Shown: positions 60,154 to 64,000 of the stretch, piece after piece
Layout: each line of letters begins with the position of its first letter
How positions within the stretch are numbered: the stretch's first letter is position 1
Assembly (NCBI GenBank): GCA_026415655.1
Contig: JAOAGR010000002.1
Coordinates: 5 to 64,004 of the forward strand
Length of the DNA: 64,000 nt
DNA from: Candidatus Dojkabacteria bacterium
GTDB taxonomy: Bacteria > Patescibacteriota > Dojkabacteria > JAOAGR01
Reading direction: 5' to 3'
Notes under the pieces: model-generated
The model's input: only the letters and a program-made list of their open reading frames with translations
Database searches by the model: none
What the model was told of the DNA's origin: nothing
Translations under genes and position numbers: made by a program

Positions 60154-60156
60154 ATT

Positions 60157-61578
60157 ATGTTTTTTTTATCAAGACTCAAAACAATTCTTGGTATTAATGA
60201 GAGAAATTTGAAATATATTAGGCCATATAATCCTGTCAAATATAGAAAATATGCTGATAACAAATTATTAACAAAAAAAATTTTATTAAAAAATAATATT
60301 CCTACTCCAAAATTGATTGCTATTATAAAAGACTATGAGCGACTTGAAAAATTTAATTTTAATAAATTGCCAGATAGTATTGTTGTAAAACCACAAAAAG
60401 GATTTGGTGGAGAGGGAATATTAATCTTTTTTTCAAACGATAAGTATGGAAATTGGCTCAAAGCTGATAAAACAAGATATTCTATTGAAGATTTAAAAAA
60501 ACATATAAGAAACATATTAGATGGTAACTTTTCTCTTAAAAATGAACCCGATATTGCATTTTTCGAAGAAAGAGTAATGCTACATCCTGATCTTAAAAAA
60601 TATGCATCCAGAGGAATGCCTGATATACGTGTTATTGTTTTTAATCAGGTACCTATTATGGCACAGCTGCGATTGCCTACTTTTGAATGTGATGGAAAAG
60701 CCAATTTGCATGCTGGTGGAGTCGGGGTTGGCATAGATCTCACAAGCGGTGTTACTACAACTGCTGTGCATAAAGACAGAGTCATTGAATATCATCCTGA
60801 TAATAATTTACCTTTGCGAGGAATAGCTATTCCTTATTGGAATAAAATTTTAGAATTGGCAGTGAAGGCTCAGACCGTTTCTAAATTAGGTTTTGTTGGA
60901 GTTGATATCGTATTAGATCGTTTAAAGGGGCCTATGGTTTTAGAAATCAATGCACGACCGGGATTAGCGATCCAGATAGCAAATCAAGATGGAGTGAAAG
61001 ATAGACTGGAACGTATTGTGGGATTAAAAATTAAGAATCCGAGTCATGGTATAAAAGTAGGAAAAAATCTTTTTGGTGGAGAAATAGAAGAGGAGATTGA
61101 ACAATTTTCAGGAAAGAAAATTATCGGTTATGTTGAATATATTTATCTTTATGGAAGAAACGAAGAAAAAATAAAAATAAAATGTAAAAATGACACAGGT
61201 GCTTTTTATTCATCGATAGATGAAGATCTCGCTTCTATTCTTGGTTACAAAGAGGCAATTGTAGAATTTAAACAATTTATTAAAGATCACAACTTAACTG
61301 ATCTCAAAACTGCAAAAAAAATCAAAATCATTTGTGCTAAATTTTTTGAAGAGCATCCTGAAATACAGGATATTGCGTTGATCAAGCAGAGTAATGGCTT
61401 TGAAATACGCCCGATTATACGTTTGAAATTTGAATTAAATGATGTTGTCAAAGTCACAGATTTTACAGTAACGTCTAGAAAAAAGACTTCATTAATATAT
61501 AAAGCAATTCTTGGTCGTAAAGCGTTAAGAAAAAACTTTATCATAATACCAGCCGGAAAATTTAAATCTATCAAATAA
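60157..61578 (+). CDS. fusion protein: RimK-like (alpha-L-glutamate-ligase-related) ATP-grasp amidoligase + C-terminal retropepsin-like aspartyl protease domain
   Basis: 473 aa; N-terminal ~300 aa ATP-grasp (IVVKPQKGFGGEGI ... LEINARPG); C-terminal KIIGYVEYIYLYGRNEEKIKIKCKNDTGAFYSSIDEDLA (DTGA) ... LIYKAILGRKAL resembles the retropepsin-like domain annotated 'putative ATP-dependent zinc protease' found next to RimK-like ligases. Confidence 0.65.
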   Translation: MFFLSRLKTILGINERNLKYIRPYNPVKYRKYADNKLLTKKILLKNNIPTPKLIAIIKDYERLEKFNFNKLPDSIVVKPQKGFGGEGILIFFSNDKYGNWLKADKTRYSIEDLKKHIRNILDGNFSLKNEPDIAFFEERVMLHPDLKKYASRGMPDIRVIVFNQVPIMAQLRLPTFECDGKANLHAGGVGVGIDLTSGVTTTAVHKDRVIEYHPDNNLPLRGIAIPYWNKILELAVKAQTVSKLGFVGVDIVLDRLKGPMVLEINARPGLAIQIANQDGVKDRLERIVGLKIKNPSHGIKVGKNLFGGEIEEEIEQFSGKKIIGYVEYIYLYGRNEEKIKIKCKNDTGAFYSSIDEDLASILGYKEAIVEFKQFIKDHNLTDLKTAKKIKIICAKFFEEHPEIQDIALIKQSNGFEIRPIIRLKFELNDVVKVTDFTVTSRKKTSLIYKAILGRKALRKNFIIIPAGKFKSIK

Positions 61579-61620
61579 ACGCTTGAAAAATATTAATTTA
61601 ATCTGTAAATTATAATTAAG

Positions 61621-62628
61621 ATGAGATATTTGATGAGGAAATTTCATTTTTTTTTATTTTTAATTTTTATCTTCGTATTAATTAATGTTTTACTTAATCA
61701 GTTAAATAATGACGCCATTGCGTTATCAATATCAGGATCTAATATAAATACCCAAAATATACCAGTAAATACAAACACTTCACTAAGTGTTGTAATAAAT
61801 CCAAATCAAAATATAACATCGACAGATAATATTAAATTGACTCTTGGAGGATTAATAAATAATGTTGTTTTTGATTCATCAAATGTGCAGATATTAGGAT
61901 GTTCGGGTACTCCCTTAATCATTTCCTCGCCTATTAATACAATGCAACCCAATCTGATAGTTAGTGGAATCAATTGTCCCATAAATGGAAGTATTACTAC
62001 CAATTTAAGTAATAACTCATTAAATTCTGTAAGCATTCCTGGAGTATATTTGATTCAGGTATTTATAAATGGTGCTCTATACGATACATATACAATATCT
62101 GTTGGAGGTGATAATTCTGTGGTCATCTCTGGACAAATTAATTATAGATTAAGATTTCGTGTTTATCCAGAAAAAAGGACACCATCGTTTGGAAATTTCT
62201 CGAATGTTTATTTACTTCAGATCATAAATCCAATTACTAATACAATTGTCTATCAGAAATCTGGTATAGTAGCTGATAATAACGGTGAATTTGAAGAATT
62301 TATACCATCCCAATACCTACCACATGGAATATACAAAGTACGTATAAAAGGTATTTCACATCTATCAAAAGATTTTAATAATGTACAAATTAAAAATAAT
62401 ACTAACTTTTATAATTTTACGTCTGGAGGAAATTTTCTATTAGCGGGTGATACTTCTGTTATAGAAGATGATTTGATTAATTCTTTAGACATTAGTAGGT
62501 TGGAGAAAACACTGTTTACAAATATATTGAGAAGTGACCTTAATAAGGATGGGTACGTAAATTCGCTTGACATGTCAATACAGGCTTATAATATCAATAA
62601 ATATAATATTTATGGCGAATCCTTGTAA
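61621..62628 (+). CDS. secreted protein with C-terminal dockerin-like (Ca-binding, EF-hand-like) module
   Basis: 335 aa; N-terminal signal peptide; beta-rich Asn/Ser/Thr-rich body; C-terminal ...GDTSVIEDDLINSLDISRLEKTLFTNILRSDLNKDGYVNSLDMSIQAYNI with DLNKDGYVNSLD matching the dockerin Ca-binding loop. Confidence 0.55.
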   Translation: MRYLMRKFHFFLFLIFIFVLINVLLNQLNNDAIALSISGSNINTQNIPVNTNTSLSVVINPNQNITSTDNIKLTLGGLINNVVFDSSNVQILGCSGTPLIISSPINTMQPNLIVSGINCPINGSITTNLSNNSLNSVSIPGVYLIQVFINGALYDTYTISVGGDNSVVISGQINYRLRFRVYPEKRTPSFGNFSNVYLLQIINPITNTIVYQKSGIVADNNGEFEEFIPSQYLPHGIYKVRIKGISHLSKDFNNVQIKNNTNFYNFTSGGNFLLAGDTSVIEDDLINSLDISRLEKTLFTNILRSDLNKDGYVNSLDMSIQAYNINKYNIYGESL

Positions 62629-64000
62629 TAAAAATTTAAGTATTATTTTACTTTTTAGTATCTTTATTATTTTTGTACTTTTTTTGAGTTTAAATTTCAG
62701 GATTTATGCTCTTACGAAAAATGGACAGTTTTATTTTGAAAATGATGTGTATGAAGTACCTCAAAATTGTGAGTATCCTCTTAAGCTGATAGTGGATCCG
62801 GGATCAAATCTAAGCAATGCTGCAGATGTTATATTAAAGTACAATCCAAATGATATTGAGATTATAGATAGTATTCAAAATGTTCCAGGAAAACAGATAC
62901 AGCCGGGAAATGCATATGAATATTATCCTTCAACAGGTAATATTGTGGACGAAACCAGTGGTACAATAAGACTTGTTGGTGTTTCTTATGACAAAATCCT
63001 TGACAAAAAAGGAGTTTTCACCATTATCAAAATCAAATTGAAGTCTAATACTGCAAATATAAATATTGTATTTGATGGGATTGATAAGACGACAGATAGT
63101 AATATTGCCGAATATAATTCGAGTATAGATATTCTTTCACAAGTAAAAAGCGTACAATTGAAAAAATCTAATAGCGCATCTTGTCCGCAAGAAGACGTTG
63201 TTCCACCAAATATATTGGTAAATTCTAGTTATGTACAGATGAAAAATGGTGGTAAGTTGGTATTTATTGTCTCTGATAATCTGTCTGGTATAAATCTAAA
63301 TTCATTAAAAGTTGTTGTAGGAGATAAAGTTTATGATTATGGATCGAACAGTATTGGTATTATTCCAGTAAGTAATGGATACCAGATAGAGTTGGTACTT
63401 GATGATATATCTTTTGATAGTGACTTTATATCATTTAGTATTATAGTTTCTGATAAAGCCGGAAATGTAAACAGTGTTAATACTAATTTAACAGAGGCAA
63501 AACAGAACATGACAGAATGTAACTGTCCTAGTATACAAAACAACGCAGACAACGATTTAGACGAGGATAAAAGTGACCTCTATATCGCGCAAAATCAATA
63601 TCGCAACTTAAATGAACAAATTTTTGGATTTTTACCACAAAATTTATCATTTGTATCAGATGCCGGATTTATTGCCCCATTTACTCTTGCCATAACCTTA
63701 CCGCTTCTATATTTTATTTCGGCGTTAGTTTCTTCATTTTTGAGCGGCGGATTTTTGGTTCCATTTTTATTGAGCCTTTTTCGTAGGAAAGGAAATATTA
63801 AAGTACTGGATTCTATTTCTAAAGAAGGTATCCCTTTTGTTAAAGTAAAAGTTTATCAGAGAGGTTATGATAAAGTTATAAAACAATATGTTACATCACC
63901 TTTTGGTTCATTTGATTTTGACCTTTATGATGGATTTTATACATTAGAATTGGAAAAACGTGGATACCAGAATCTTAGATACGAACTTAATCATACTGAT
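62612..64000 (+). CDS. membrane-anchored protein with N-terminal cohesin-like domain (partial, runs off contig end; not in ORF track)
   Basis: Hand translation from ATG 62612, open to 64000 (463 codons, in frame with ATG 63509): MANPCNKNLSIILLFSIFIIFVLFLSLNFRIYA (signal/anchor) ... ADVILKYNPNDIEIIDSIQNVPGKQIQPG ... SGTIRLVGVSYDKILDKKGVFTIIKIKLKSNTANINIVF resembling cohesin motifs; later a double TM segment and a beta-sandwich-like YQRGYDKVIKQY region. Confidence 0.5.
   Translation, partial: MANPCNKNLSIILLFSIFIIFVLFLSLNFRIYALTKNGQFYFENDVYEVPQNCEYPLKLIVDPGSNLSNAADVILKYNPNDIEIIDSIQNVPGKQIQPGNAYEYYPSTGNIVDETSGTIRLVGVSYDKILDKKGVFTIIKIKLKSNTANINIVFDGIDKTTDSNIAEYNSSIDILSQVKSVQLKKSNSASCPQEDVVPPNILVNSSYVQMKNGGKLVFIVSDNLSGINLNSLKVVVGDKVYDYGSNSIGIIPVSNGYQIELVLDDISFDSDFISFSIIVSDKAGNVNSVNTNLTEAKQNMTECNCPSIQNNADNDLDEDKSDLYIAQNQYRNLNEQIFGFLPQNLSFVSDAGFIAPFTLAITLPLLYFISALVSSFLSGGFLVPFLLSLFRRKGNIKVLDSISKEGIPFVKVKVYQRGYDKVIKQYVTSPFGSFDFDLYDGFYTLELEKRGYQNLRYELNHTD

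Noticed and set aside
1-64000. CRISPR arrays, rRNA genes, IS elements, integrases, phage genes
   Set aside because: No regularly spaced direct repeats, no rRNA-like GC-rich segments, no transposase/integrase-like ORFs found; the only transposon-like sequence is the library adapter at 1-18.

Overview
This is an AT-rich, gene-dense 64-kb contig. GC content is roughly 30% by eye and was not computed. It uses the standard genetic code: TGA acts as a stop, for example at the infA/rpmJ junction. Positions 1-18 are a Nextera/Tn5 mosaic-end adapter remnant, so this is the end of a shotgun or metagenome assembly contig. The content is mostly core housekeeping genes. On the minus strand are a partial ilvD and ilvC, with a separate ilvB further along. 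There is a GtrA-like / GT2 / GT-C surface-glycosylation trio, then murB and a PduO-type corrinoid adenosyltransferase. A roughly 16.5-kb tuf + S10-spc-alpha ribosomal-protein super-operon (tuf, rpsJ ... rpsI) follows. It lacks rpmD (L30) and adk. It carries a SPOUT RNA methyltransferase translationally coupled between rplX and rplE. Its rpmJ is extended and unlisted in the ORF track, and its RpoA lacks the C-terminal domain. Three tRNAs are present: Leu-TAA, Phe-GAA and Val-TAC. Further genes are ftsK, grpE, a long RSH (Rel/SpoT), peptidoglycan genes (LysM-M23 peptidase, class A PBP, FemAB-like, murA), infC-rpmI-rplT, greA, serS, asnS, ssb, a RecO-like gene, an M16 PreP-like peptidase, ruvX and an ADP-forming acetyl-CoA synthetase. 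The operon architecture (no L30, no adk in the spc operon, short RpoA, ADP-forming ACS, many envelope proteins) fits a streamlined Patescibacteria/CPR-like or similarly reduced bacterium, although ilvBCD is atypical for such lineages. The most unusual loci are at the 3' end. A small polytopic membrane protein is followed by a fused RimK-like ATP-grasp ligase::retropepsin-like (DTGA) protease. Immediately after that, a dockerin-like secreted protein is followed by a membrane-anchored cohesin-like protein, forming an adjacent cohesin-dockerin pair. Also notable is a gene of about 500 aa, possibly HIT/GalT-like, split into two ORFs by a frameshift inside an A8 homopolymer next to the PduO gene, and a possibly degenerate Fic-like protein with a C-terminal wHTH. 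No rRNA, CRISPR array or mobile element was seen.
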